A stretch of DNA of 56,974 nucleotides, from IMG/VR virus record IMGVR_UViG_3300044806_000037, positions 1 to 56,974 of that record. One strand, given 5' to 3'. This DNA comes from a virus. Taxonomy: Duplodnaviria > Caudoviricetes. Below are positions 17,398 to 25,682 of the stretch, one piece after another (position 1 is the first letter of the stretch; each line of letters begins with the position of its first letter). The notes below the pieces were generated by a model. It had not been told where the DNA came from, did no database searches, and saw only the letters and a list, made by a program, of their open reading frames with translations. A program made the translations under genes and the position numbers.

Positions 17398-17475
17398 GGG
17401 TCTGGATGGTTTCGACTGTGCTTAAAGCCGTATACGGAAGTGCACAGGACCTGGGTTCGATTCCCAGCAGATCCA
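17398..17475 (+). ncRNA. minimal tmRNA-like tRNA domain (TLD only, no mRNA-like domain)
   Basis: GGGTCTG/CAGATCC acceptor with G3.U70 and discriminator A; stemless D-loop GATGGTTTCGAC; TGTGC/GCACA stem; GGAC connector; CTGGG-TTCGATT-CCCAG T arm. Confidence 0.8.
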
Positions 17476-17596
17476 CTATGCACCCATAGGGGTGCAGAAG
17501 CCCACAGTTCGGTGGGTTACTCTAATCGTAAGGTTAGATGTTTATGGTCTAGGGACGCCTAGACAAGGTTTGGTCTCCTGCGGTGCAAAACGACCA

Positions 17597-17660
17597 GGGT
17601 AGCAGTCAGTCCCTTCTGGGTTATATTGAGAATGCTTCAGGTGCGAGTCCTGACTACCCA
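17597..17660 (+). ncRNA. truncated tRNA-like element (acceptor plus T arm)
   Basis: GGGTAG/CTACCC+A and TCAGG-TGCGAGT-CCTGA; no normal D or anticodon arm. Confidence 0.5.
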
Positions 17661-17760
17661 CGATGTGTGGTGGTTCGCACATTAAGGTAAGATTGATTTC
17701 TTATTTGGTTATTTGTTCATTGGTAACAGGTTGGCCCCCCTGTCTAAAAAGGGGCCACTT

Positions 17761-17833
17761 TGGGACATAGCTCAGATGGCAGAGCGTTCGACTGTTAATC
17801 GAAATGTCGCAGGTTCGATCCCTGCTGTCCCAG
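17761..17833 (+). tRNA. tRNA-Asn(GTT)
   Basis: TGGGACA/TGTCCCA+G, GCTC/GAGC, TTCGA-CTGTTAA-TCGAA, GCAGG-TTCGATC-CCTGC. Confidence 0.95.
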
Positions 17834-17864
17834 CGTTACAAGGAGAAGTATTACAATAGGAGGT

Positions 17865-20072
17865 ATGATGCAAGCAATAGATTTTTTTGAAACAGTCTTA
17901 GGCACTGGCGCAGGGTATGCGACAATCGTAACTAAGGATGGTAGTGGCAACCCTACAGTCCAAAAGTTTTTCAGCTACCCTGACGAGATCGATGCCATGG
18001 CTGCTTACGCAAAACAGTTTGAGAACGAGGACGTTTACTTCTCGCCAATCCTGTTTTATGAAACTCGCCGTATCCGCGAGAACGCTAAGAGCGTGTCCGC
18101 TGTGTATTCGGATGCTGACACTTGCGACCCAAAGAACTTCCGTCTACAGCCGTCAATCATTGTCAAGACTTCTGAGGGTCGTTGGCATGCATACTGGATT
18201 CTGGATGCTGAAGCTGACCCGCACCGCGTAGCAATGGCTAGCAAGCAGGTTGCTTACGGACACAAAGACCAAGGCTGTGACCTTTCAGGCTGGAACCCTA
18301 CCAAGCTTCTTCGTGTGCCTAACTCACGCAACACCAAGTATGGTGATGCACAGGTTGTAGAGGCAACTAACACTGGGCTTGTTTATAAGCTTGAAGAAGT
18401 TGAAGCAGCTTATGCTGACGTTAAAGTTGATGCAGTGCTAGAGCCGTCACTCGCGCCAATGCCGGAGATTACCCCAGACGTTATGGGCATTCTTGGCAAG
18501 ATCAAAAGCAATACGGAAGTGTTGTCTTTGTTCATGGACGAGCCTGGCCCGAACGCAGACTACTCTCGCATGCTTTGGAAGCTTGAGCTAGAACTCTTCC
18601 GTCAAGGTTTGACTATTGACGAAGTGTTTGCTGTCGCTAAACACGCTCGTTGTAACAAGTATCGTAGACCAGACCGCCCAAAGCGTTCTGACCCGGACGG
18701 CGACCTGTGGCGTGAGATTCAGCGCGCCCAGCAAACTTTCCAAGTGCCTGCCGAGGTTGAGAGTGTAGAACCAATCTACATTGATGATGTTCCTGTTGAG
18801 AAACCAATCAGTCTGCTCACTGATGAAGAGCGCGCTATTGTGTCGAACACAGAAACCTTTATCGACAGGTATGTGAACTGGGCTCGCAAGAAGACTGATG
18901 GTGCTGTCGAATACCAGATTGCTAGTGCGTTTACTTTACTTTCAACCTGTTTCTCGGACATTGGTTACGCTACGCCAAAGTATGGCAAGCTTGGTCTGAA
19001 CCTTTGGTTCATGCTGTTGGGTGAAACTACTCTGTCGCGTAAGTCAACTTCGCGCCAGCTAATGCTACGCACACTCCGTTCGTTTGAAAAGTTTGCTGGC
19101 TACCAGATCGATATCGGCTCTAACGTCACTGCTGAAGGTTTAGTAAAGCACTTGGCAGGTCGCGACAAGCTGACCTCGCTGTTCCACCGCGATGAAGTCC
19201 AGGGTATGTTTAAGGAGTTCGTGACCAAAACTTACATGGCCGCGGCTGCAGACCAGTTCACTGAACTTTACGACGGACATGTTCCTGTGGTTATTCGTGC
19301 CACTGGTGCGGCTTCTGGTGTCAAGGCTGTCCAGTCGGAACGAGCTGAAACAAACTTCCTAATGTATCTGATGGGTATCACTAGCAAGGTTGCTGAGATT
19401 CTAACTGTGGACTATTTCCGTTCCGGTTTCTTGGCTCGTTTCATTTATGTGATTGCTGATTCACCAGAGCGCACATTCGAGAGTGAAGCCATTGAGCAGT
19501 CTGCTGAAGTAGAAGTGCTTAAGCAGGATGACGAGATGGAAGCCATCGTGCGCACACTGTATGACAGCACTTTGTATTGGCAGAAGAAAGGTGCGCCTTT
19601 CCCACGCCCAGTCCGTATGACTGACGATGCGCTAGCTCGCTTCAACAAGTTCAAGTGGGACATGGGGAACTACTCCCAGGGCCACCCTAACGAAGAATCG
19701 ATTGAGCCATCGCGTCAGCGCCTAGCACTATCGATCTGGAAGTGTGCAGTGCTTATCGCAATGTATGACAAGTCTGATGAAGTGGAAGAGAAGCATGTCC
19801 TTGTGGCTGTTCACTATGCAGAGCAGTGGTTTAAGAACCTTGTTCGCATGGCTGACTCAATCTCGGCATCAGAGTGGCAACGTGAAGTTGATGAACTTGA
19901 AGCTCTACTTGTTACTAAGGGTGGACGTATGCGTTATGAAGACGCTTACAAGAAGTTCGGTAACAAGCGTAAGCGTGAGTTCGACGAAATGGTTGACGCA
20001 CTTAAATCACAGGGCCGCATGGTCGTTAGAACAGAGAACATGAGAAACTTTTTGGAGGTTACATCACGATGA
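17865..20072 (+). CDS. RepB-like (AEP) DNA primase fused to a DUF3987-like helicase domain
   Basis: YSDAD, KTSEGRWHAYW and LLRVPNSRNTK in the N-terminus; GETTLSRKST, TAEGL, RDEVQG and SGFLARF in the C-terminus. Confidence 0.8.
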   Translation: MMQAIDFFETVLGTGAGYATIVTKDGSGNPTVQKFFSYPDEIDAMAAYAKQFENEDVYFSPILFYETRRIRENAKSVSAVYSDADTCDPKNFRLQPSIIVKTSEGRWHAYWILDAEADPHRVAMASKQVAYGHKDQGCDLSGWNPTKLLRVPNSRNTKYGDAQVVEATNTGLVYKLEEVEAAYADVKVDAVLEPSLAPMPEITPDVMGILGKIKSNTEVLSLFMDEPGPNADYSRMLWKLELELFRQGLTIDEVFAVAKHARCNKYRRPDRPKRSDPDGDLWREIQRAQQTFQVPAEVESVEPIYIDDVPVEKPISLLTDEERAIVSNTETFIDRYVNWARKKTDGAVEYQIASAFTLLSTCFSDIGYATPKYGKLGLNLWFMLLGETTLSRKSTSRQLMLRTLRSFEKFAGYQIDIGSNVTAEGLVKHLAGRDKLTSLFHRDEVQGMFKEFVTKTYMAAAADQFTELYDGHVPVVIRATGAASGVKAVQSERAETNFLMYLMGITSKVAEILTVDYFRSGFLARFIYVIADSPERTFESEAIEQSAEVEVLKQDDEMEAIVRTLYDSTLYWQKKGAPFPRPVRMTDDALARFNKFKWDMGNYSQGHPNEESIEPSRQRLALSIWKCAVLIAMYDKSDEVEEKHVLVAVHYAEQWFKNLVRMADSISASEWQREVDELEALLVTKGGRMRYEDAYKKFGNKRKREFDEMVDALKSQGRMVVRTENMRNFLEVTSR

Positions 20073-20458
20073 ATTCAATACTAAATCTACAAGCAATTAA
20101 CCTGGCTATCTGGATTCGAGACAACGCTCTAAAGGTAGACCGCAATCTATTGATAGAGCAGATTCAGGCGCTCGCGGAATACGAGATCTTCTCGAACCGC
20201 CAGCTTGAAGCGATTTGCAAAAAGCGTGTAAGTTATGCTACCATCGGAGGATACACTCGCAAAAGCACTAAGAGCGGTGGCCGGCTAAATCCCGACACGC
20301 TTGAAGACTTGCGCGAAGTGTTGTTCCTGAAGCACAACGGACGTATCGCCTATAGCAATATCAAGAACGCTGTGGATAACGGAACTTCACAGAACATGGT
20401 CTCGCGGCTTACAGGCGTGGCCCAATCAACAATCAGTAAGCACTTTGGAGGAAACTAA
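20069..20458 (+). CDS. HTH DNA-binding protein
   Basis: GTSQNMVSRLTGVAQSTISK. Confidence 0.65.
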   Translation: MNSILNLQAINLAIWIRDNALKVDRNLLIEQIQALAEYEIFSNRQLEAICKKRVSYATIGGYTRKSTKSGGRLNPDTLEDLREVLFLKHNGRIAYSNIKNAVDNGTSQNMVSRLTGVAQSTISKHFGGN

Positions 20459-20700
20459 TGATTAAAATTTATACAAACCCTAACTGTGTCCAGTGCGACA
20501 TGACCAAGAAACAGTTTGACAAGCGCGGTATCGAATACGAGAGCATCGACCTGTCAACTGTGCCAGAACTTCTTGAGCAGTTTAAAGCTGAAGGCTACAT
20601 GGCTGCGCCTGTGGTTGTTACTAACCTTGTAACCTGGGCTGGCTTCAAGCCAGAGCTGATTAGCCAAGTTGCTCACCCAAGTTATAGAAGTAAGCTTTAA
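20458..20700 (+). CDS. nrdH: NrdH-like glutaredoxin
   Basis: IYTNPNCVQC..TKK..GI.Y...APVV...WAGFKP. Confidence 0.92.
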   Translation: MIKIYTNPNCVQCDMTKKQFDKRGIEYESIDLSTVPELLEQFKAEGYMAAPVVVTNLVTWAGFKPELISQVAHPSYRSKL

Positions 20701-21224
20701 TGTCTTTTGATATCAAGCAGGCTACATGCCTGAATGAAGACCCAGACATGTTCTTCTCGGACGATGAAGATGAACCGGACTGGGAGCTAATCAAGAAAGC
20801 CAAAGCCATATGCGCTTTGTGCCCAGTAATTGCAGACTGTTTGCAAATGGCTTACGAAGAAGAGGCTGACGGCATTTGGGGTGGCACAACAACTCGCGAG
20901 CGTAGGATTACTTTGAACAGGGAGATGCGAGGCTACGTGCCAATCCCTAGGACTGTTTCAGAAAATGCTAAGCAAGCTGTTGCGGCTGTTAATAAGGCTA
21001 AAACTATTGCAGTCTCAGATCGTGACAGAGAACTATTCCAGCAAGCGCTTGACATGTTTGACGACCTAGACGATTTGACTGAGATGCTGCTACAGTTAAG
21101 GATTAACAATCCTACACATTCGTTAGCAGACTTAGGCCAGGAACTAGACCCACCAATATCAAGAGATGTTGTTGCCGGTCGTTTAAGAAGAGTAAGAGAA
21201 AGGATGGAGAATGGAAAAGGATGA
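20700..21224 (+). CDS. whiB: WhiB domain fused to a WhiA-like C-terminal HTH
   Basis: N-terminus C..DPDMFF..AKAICALCPVIADC..GIWGGTT.RER; C-terminus LRINNPTHSLADLGQELDPPISRDVVAGRLRR. Confidence 0.82.
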   Translation: MSFDIKQATCLNEDPDMFFSDDEDEPDWELIKKAKAICALCPVIADCLQMAYEEEADGIWGGTTTRERRITLNREMRGYVPIPRTVSENAKQAVAAVNKAKTIAVSDRDRELFQQALDMFDDLDDLTEMLLQLRINNPTHSLADLGQELDPPISRDVVAGRLRRVRERMENGKG

Positions 21225-21435
21225 CGTATTTATAGACAGCACAAAAAACGGTATCTTTGAAAGTAAAGCAAAGTTTATTGATGTTGCACAGAGTCGATAT
21301 GCTTTAGATGCCCACTATCGAAGATACCTTAAAGGCGAGAAATATAGCCTAAGTAAGCAATGCTTTTTGCACATTGAAAAGCTTGCTAGCGAGGGCGTTG
21401 ACTGGGCTCAAAAGATCAAGGCAGGAACATTCTAA
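21211..21435 (+). CDS. hypothetical protein
   Basis: Coupled ORF. Confidence 0.6.
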   Translation: MEKDDVFIDSTKNGIFESKAKFIDVAQSRYALDAHYRRYLKGEKYSLSKQCFLHIEKLASEGVDWAQKIKAGTF

Positions 21436-21884
21436 TGACAACAATGTTATGTCTAGACCCTGGCGGAACTACCGGCCTAGCGGTCATGAGCTTTGAGCCA
21501 GAGCAAGAAGTCTCCCTCGTGCATTACGAACAAGTCCCTGGAGGGCTTGAAGGCTTTATTAGTTGGTATAAAAGCGAGCGAGAAATCTGGAACTGGGACA
21601 TGGTTGTGTGTGAAGACTTCACGCTACGCATGAACGTAAAGTTCCCAGACCTGTCCCCGGTCTATATTATTGGTGCGTTGGAAGCTTTTGAATGGCCTGA
21701 CAAGCCTACATACCAGCAACCAACACAGAAGCCTCTGTGTGATGATGATAGACTTAAAGTATTAGGTTTTCATAAGCCCGGCAAGGGACATGCAAACGAT
21801 GCCATAAGGCATGGGATAATTTATCTAAGGAAGAATAGGCACATGCCTACACTAAAGAAAGGATGGGCGATCAATGGGTTGTAA
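21435..21884 (+). CDS. RuvC-like Holliday junction resolvase
   Basis: LCLDPGGTTGLA, VVCEDF, HANDAIRH. Confidence 0.8.
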   Translation: MTTMLCLDPGGTTGLAVMSFEPEQEVSLVHYEQVPGGLEGFISWYKSEREIWNWDMVVCEDFTLRMNVKFPDLSPVYIIGALEAFEWPDKPTYQQPTQKPLCDDDRLKVLGFHKPGKGHANDAIRHGIIYLRKNRHMPTLKKGWAINGL

Positions 21885-23184
21885 ACTATGCACACTTCTG
21901 CCTAACGCAGAACTAGAATCAATGCTGTTAACAAAGTCAAGTCGCTACATTGCTAGCAAGTTTGACATTGGGCCAACCACAGTCAACAAACACCGCAAGA
22001 AATGTATGGGCGTTTATGTTCCAAAGAACACAGACCGCCAAATGATTGAGGAAGAGAACCAGTCCATGACTTGGAGTGGCGACAAAGGTGTTTGGAACAC
22101 TGGGCTTCTTGACGCAGCTCTTGAGGGCATCTCGCACGAAAGCATCCTAGCCAAGTTTGGGCACAACCCAGACAAGGTTGCTATCCGCGGTGTGTTGCGC
22201 GAATCTCACAAAGAGTATTGGTCTCGCGACCTGGAGAAGATGCTGTGGAAGCACAGCTACTCGTTCTCGGTAGAGCGCAAGACTGAATCGCTTGTTGAAG
22301 AGATCGACCCTATTGCAATCATCAAGTCACTTAATGCGTCTTCGCGCGTAACAGAAAAAGTTACTGGCGCAGACTCGACATTCGTGCTTGCTTGGGGTGA
22401 CTGGCAGTTCGGTAAGAAAGAGGGTGGCGGAACGCTAGCCCTTATCGAACGACTAGACACTGCTTTCCACCAGGCTGTTGAGCGAGTGCAAGAGCTACGC
22501 AAGATCGGGCGCAAGCTTGACGAGCTAGTAATCATCGGCGGTGGCGACATGATTGAGGGTTGTGTAATCTACCCTCAGCAATCCTTCGGCATTGACGGCA
22601 ACCGACGTGAGCAAGTTCGTGGCACAGTAACCGCCATCCTGCATGGGCTAGCAATCCTAGCCCCACACTTCGACAAGGTTCGCCTACAAGTTGTGCCAGG
22701 AAACCATGGCGAACACCGCATCATGGGTAACCGCACTGAGATTGGCGACAATGATGACTTGCTAGTGTTTGAGATGGCTCAGGTAGCTTGCGAGAACGAC
22801 CCACGCTTTAAGCATGTGTCATTCGAGATTGCTGAAAAAGAAATCTCAACAGTAACAAACATCCGAGGCTGGATTTACGGAGCCACACATGGCGACGTTT
22901 ACGGCAAGGGAGGAGGAACCGGGGTTCGCAACAAAGTGTTCAACTGGTTCAAAACAATGGCTGCGAACCGACACTCTGTTGGTAGCGCAGACGTATTAGT
23001 AACATTCCATTTTCACCATGACGCACAGGAAGACTGGGGCAACACACTATGGGTTCAAAGTCCAACAATCGACGGAGGAAGTCACTACTTCAAAGAATAC
23101 TCGGGGCACGACACAAAGCCTGGAATGCTCTCTTGGGTCGTAACCGAAAGCGAGAGGTTCCAAGACAAACAGATCCTGAGATAG
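21874..23184 (+). CDS. calcineurin-like metallophosphoesterase with an N-terminal Cys/HTH-like domain
   Basis: GDWQFGK, GGDMIEG, PGNHG, THGD, FHFHH; N-terminal CKLC...HRKKC. Confidence 0.8.
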   Translation: MGCKLCTLLPNAELESMLLTKSSRYIASKFDIGPTTVNKHRKKCMGVYVPKNTDRQMIEEENQSMTWSGDKGVWNTGLLDAALEGISHESILAKFGHNPDKVAIRGVLRESHKEYWSRDLEKMLWKHSYSFSVERKTESLVEEIDPIAIIKSLNASSRVTEKVTGADSTFVLAWGDWQFGKKEGGGTLALIERLDTAFHQAVERVQELRKIGRKLDELVIIGGGDMIEGCVIYPQQSFGIDGNRREQVRGTVTAILHGLAILAPHFDKVRLQVVPGNHGEHRIMGNRTEIGDNDDLLVFEMAQVACENDPRFKHVSFEIAEKEISTVTNIRGWIYGATHGDVYGKGGGTGVRNKVFNWFKTMAANRHSVGSADVLVTFHFHHDAQEDWGNTLWVQSPTIDGGSHYFKEYSGHDTKPGMLSWVVTESERFQDKQILR

Positions 23185-23189
23185 TTTAT

Positions 23190-23369
23190 ATGGTCTTTGA
23201 CCAAGAAACTGAACGATTCGTTGAGGTTCAACCTTATTGCGAATGTGGTGATGTGTTTTACGCAAACGGTTTCGGTGGTGCTTACTGCCAGCACTGCGAC
23301 CGTTTGTGCGAAGACAAAGACTGTTTCATGTGTCAAGCTTTAGGAAGGAACTTTGATGCCAGTATATGA
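23190..23369 (+). CDS. small Cys-rich Zn-finger protein
   Basis: CECG..CQHCDRLC..CFMC. Confidence 0.6.
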   Translation: MVFDQETERFVEVQPYCECGDVFYANGFGGAYCQHCDRLCEDKDCFMCQALGRNFDASI

Positions 23370-23556
23370 ATATAAATGCAACACCTGTGGGCACACGCAG
23401 GTTGAAGAGCGTGGGATGTATGAAGAAAGCAAGATCCCAGCTTTGTGCCAGGAAGAAAAGTGTTCAGGAATAGTTGTCAAAAAGTTTGGTTTTGCACCAG
23501 CTTTTAAAGGCGATGGATTCTACACGAACGATAAACGAAAGCCAGTAGGCGAATAA
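23356..23556 (+). CDS. FmdB-family zinc ribbon protein
   Basis: MPVYEYKCNTCGH...C....C...FKGDGFYTND. Confidence 0.85.
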   Translation: MPVYEYKCNTCGHTQVEERGMYEESKIPALCQEEKCSGIVVKKFGFAPAFKGDGFYTNDKRKPVGE

Positions 23557-23592
23557 AGAAAACCCCCAGCTAAACACTGGGGGTTTTCTCTT
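23555..23592. terminator. bidirectional intrinsic terminator between the convergent arms
   Basis: AGAAAACCCCCAG-CTAAACA-CTGGGGGTTTTCT. Confidence 0.85.
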
Positions 23593-23608
23593 GTCGGGCT
23601 CCGACCTA

Positions 23609-23854
23609 CTATTGTAGGAGGCTTAACGCAGCGACTAGCACTGCAACAACCGAAACAACAATCGCAATTGTGTTGCTCTTGTTATCACGCTGAGTTTTTA
23701 ACTCTGTGATATCACGCTCAACAGTCGTTAAGCGAACATCCTGAGCATCAAACTTGTTTTCGAGTCTTTCTTGACCTCGTTGCACGTTATCGACTTTCTC
23801 TTCAATTCGCCCAATGGCTATAAGTATGGTAGATTCGGTATTGTTTTCCGGCAT
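23609..23854 (-). CDS. coiled-coil protein with C-terminal TM (lysis accessory, XhlA/holin-like)
   Basis: Coiled coil followed by a hydrophobic C-terminus; lysis cassette position. Confidence 0.6.
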   Translation of the reverse strand: MPENNTESTILIAIGRIEEKVDNVQRGQERLENKFDAQDVRLTTVERDITELKTQRDNKSNTIAIVVSVVAVLVAALSLLQ

Positions 23855-24132
23855 TAGATTTCTTCGACCTCATCTTTTGGAGTGTTCTTTTCAGCAATCT
23901 TACCGAAAGTGCGGTTGATCTCTTCTGGATCGATCTTTCCGTCAGATAGGTAGCTACGTGATAGTTCTTGCGCCACTTCCATAACACCAGCAATAGCAGC
24001 CATAGCTGCGTTCTGCCAGAGTTCAAGTCCGATGGCGGCACCACCAACAAAGCTTCCTGTAACTTTAAGAACGATTACAGCGAGGGTGCGGCGAATAATG
24101 TCAAATAACATTTTATTTCCATTCTCACCCAT
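23854..24132 (-). CDS. putative holin
   Basis: Two hydrophobic helices, DGKIDPEEIN tail; follows the endolysin. Confidence 0.6.
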   Translation of the reverse strand: MGENGNKMLFDIIRRTLAVIVLKVTGSFVGGAAIGLELWQNAAMAAIAGVMEVAQELSRSYLSDGKIDPEEINRTFGKIAEKNTPKDEVEEI

Positions 24133-24162
24133 TTTTCCAAATGCGCCCTCTTCAATTATACC

Positions 24163-24984
24163 TTATGCGATTTTGCTCCAGGTTTCTTTACCAACAGTCC
24201 CTGAAGGGTTGATGCCATGCTTTTTCTGCAAAGCCATTACAGCCTTCTTTGTTGCTGGACCAAAAACGCCATCAGCGTCGATCTTCAAAGCTTTCTGCAA
24301 ATACTTTACAACTGCACCTTTAGACCCTACTTTTAGGGCTTCTGTGAGCGCAGGCTTAGCCGATTTGACCACTGTTGGTGGGACAACTTTAGCTTCGGTC
24401 GGAACTGCTACTGTTGCCACATCAGGCACAGAGTGGGTTGGTGCAATGGTTACAGGAGCGTCTGCTGGGGTTTCTAGTGGGGCGTCTGCGTGAGCTTTTT
24501 CAAACTCGATAACAGCCTTGCAGAAAACCATTGGGTTGTAATAGCCTTTACCGTTGTGGAAGCCTGCCATTGGTTGACGCTTAATGTGGCCTGCCCAGAT
24601 TTCCCAGTGCAAGTGCTTGCCTGTTGCGAAACCAGACTGGCCCATTTTGCCAACAACCTGACCAGCTTCAATGCGCTGGCCTTTCTTGACTTTGATTGAG
24701 CCAGGAACCATGTGGAAGTAAGTCCATGTTACTTTCTTGCCCATGACTGTTGACTGAACATCTACGCGGTGCCCTGAAGAGTTCGGGTTGTCGCTTTTGT
24801 AAACGGCAATAACTTTACCGTCAGCCCATGCCTCTAGGTAGGTCGGGTTTTTGCCTTGCCAAATGTCGACACCGTTGTGATGTTTCTTGGTCTTTTTGAT
24901 TGGGTGCATACGCCAACCAAATGGGCTAGTTACTTCCCAGGCTTTGCCAGGTTTGCCATCTATAGGCCATTGTGATTTTGCCAT
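24163..24984 (-). CDS. endolysin: M23 peptidase plus peptidoglycan-binding domain
   Basis: HNGVD, YFHM, TGKHLHWE; VKYLQKAL..DGVFGPATKKAV..LQ. Confidence 0.92.
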   Translation of the reverse strand: MAKSQWPIDGKPGKAWEVTSPFGWRMHPIKKTKKHHNGVDIWQGKNPTYLEAWADGKVIAVYKSDNPNSSGHRVDVQSTVMGKKVTWTYFHMVPGSIKVKKGQRIEAGQVVGKMGQSGFATGKHLHWEIWAGHIKRQPMAGFHNGKGYYNPMVFCKAVIEFEKAHADAPLETPADAPVTIAPTHSVPDVATVAVPTEAKVVPPTVVKSAKPALTEALKVGSKGAVVKYLQKALKIDADGVFGPATKKAVMALQKKHGINPSGTVGKETWSKIA

Positions 24985-24986
24985 TT

Positions 24987-25670
24987 TTATTCCTTAATAT
25001 ATGTGTAGTTTAATACGATATCTGCTTCGTCAGCTAGGTCTGTTCCAATGGCTGTGATTACGCCGATACCGCCAGAAGATAGGTATGAAGCCGCTAGTGG
25101 ACCAGATGAACCGCTAACGCCTGGAGCGTTGCTAACTGGGCGGTAGCCTGAGTTAATGTTGAAAACGTTTTCGTTAGTAATGTTTCCGCCAGAAAGTGCG
25201 CCACCTTTTCTTTTGGCGCTGACTGTTAACATTGCTATACCGCTGCGTTCAGTGTAACTGTAACTGTTTATAGCCCATTCAGCTGAGGCGTATGTGCTAA
25301 GAATACCAGTTGTAATTGTTGTAACAGCTTTTTCCCAAACAATTTTCCACCCAAGATCGGTGGTGTAAGTGTAGAGTTTGTCGTTCGTCGAATCCCAATA
25401 CATTGAACCTTCAACGCCAGAGTTTGACGGCGCACCGCTAGGGGCACCAGCGCCATACTGTAGGTTTAAAGCTAGTCTAGTGTCTAAAGCGTCAACGTCA
25501 GTAGCAAGGCTAGCTATTGTTGCAGTTGAGTTTGCTCCACGAATGTTTGCTTTTAAAGCTGTTAGTGCTTCGTCCGTAGAAACCGCTAAAGCTTCAAAGT
25601 GGCTTTCGAGCGGGGTAATCGCACTTGTGCCATCCGGGTAATCTATTTCGTGTGTTGTTGTTGTTGGCAT
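24987..25670 (-). CDS. minor tail / receptor-binding protein
   Basis: Tail-end position; GAPS..GSMYWD; LPSGYRP-like INSGYRP motif. Confidence 0.65.
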   Translation of the reverse strand: MPTTTTHEIDYPDGTSAITPLESHFEALAVSTDEALTALKANIRGANSTATIASLATDVDALDTRLALNLQYGAGAPSGAPSNSGVEGSMYWDSTNDKLYTYTTDLGWKIVWEKAVTTITTGILSTYASAEWAINSYSYTERSGIAMLTVSAKRKGGALSGGNITNENVFNINSGYRPVSNAPGVSGSSGPLAASYLSSGGIGVITAIGTDLADEADIVLNYTYIKE

Positions 25671-25682
25671 TTATTTACCTTC

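Noticed and set aside
17398-17760. Full-length or two-piece (permuted) tmRNA
   Set aside because: The 5' and 3' tRNA-like strands are joined directly in normal order, and I found no convincing tag ORF nearby
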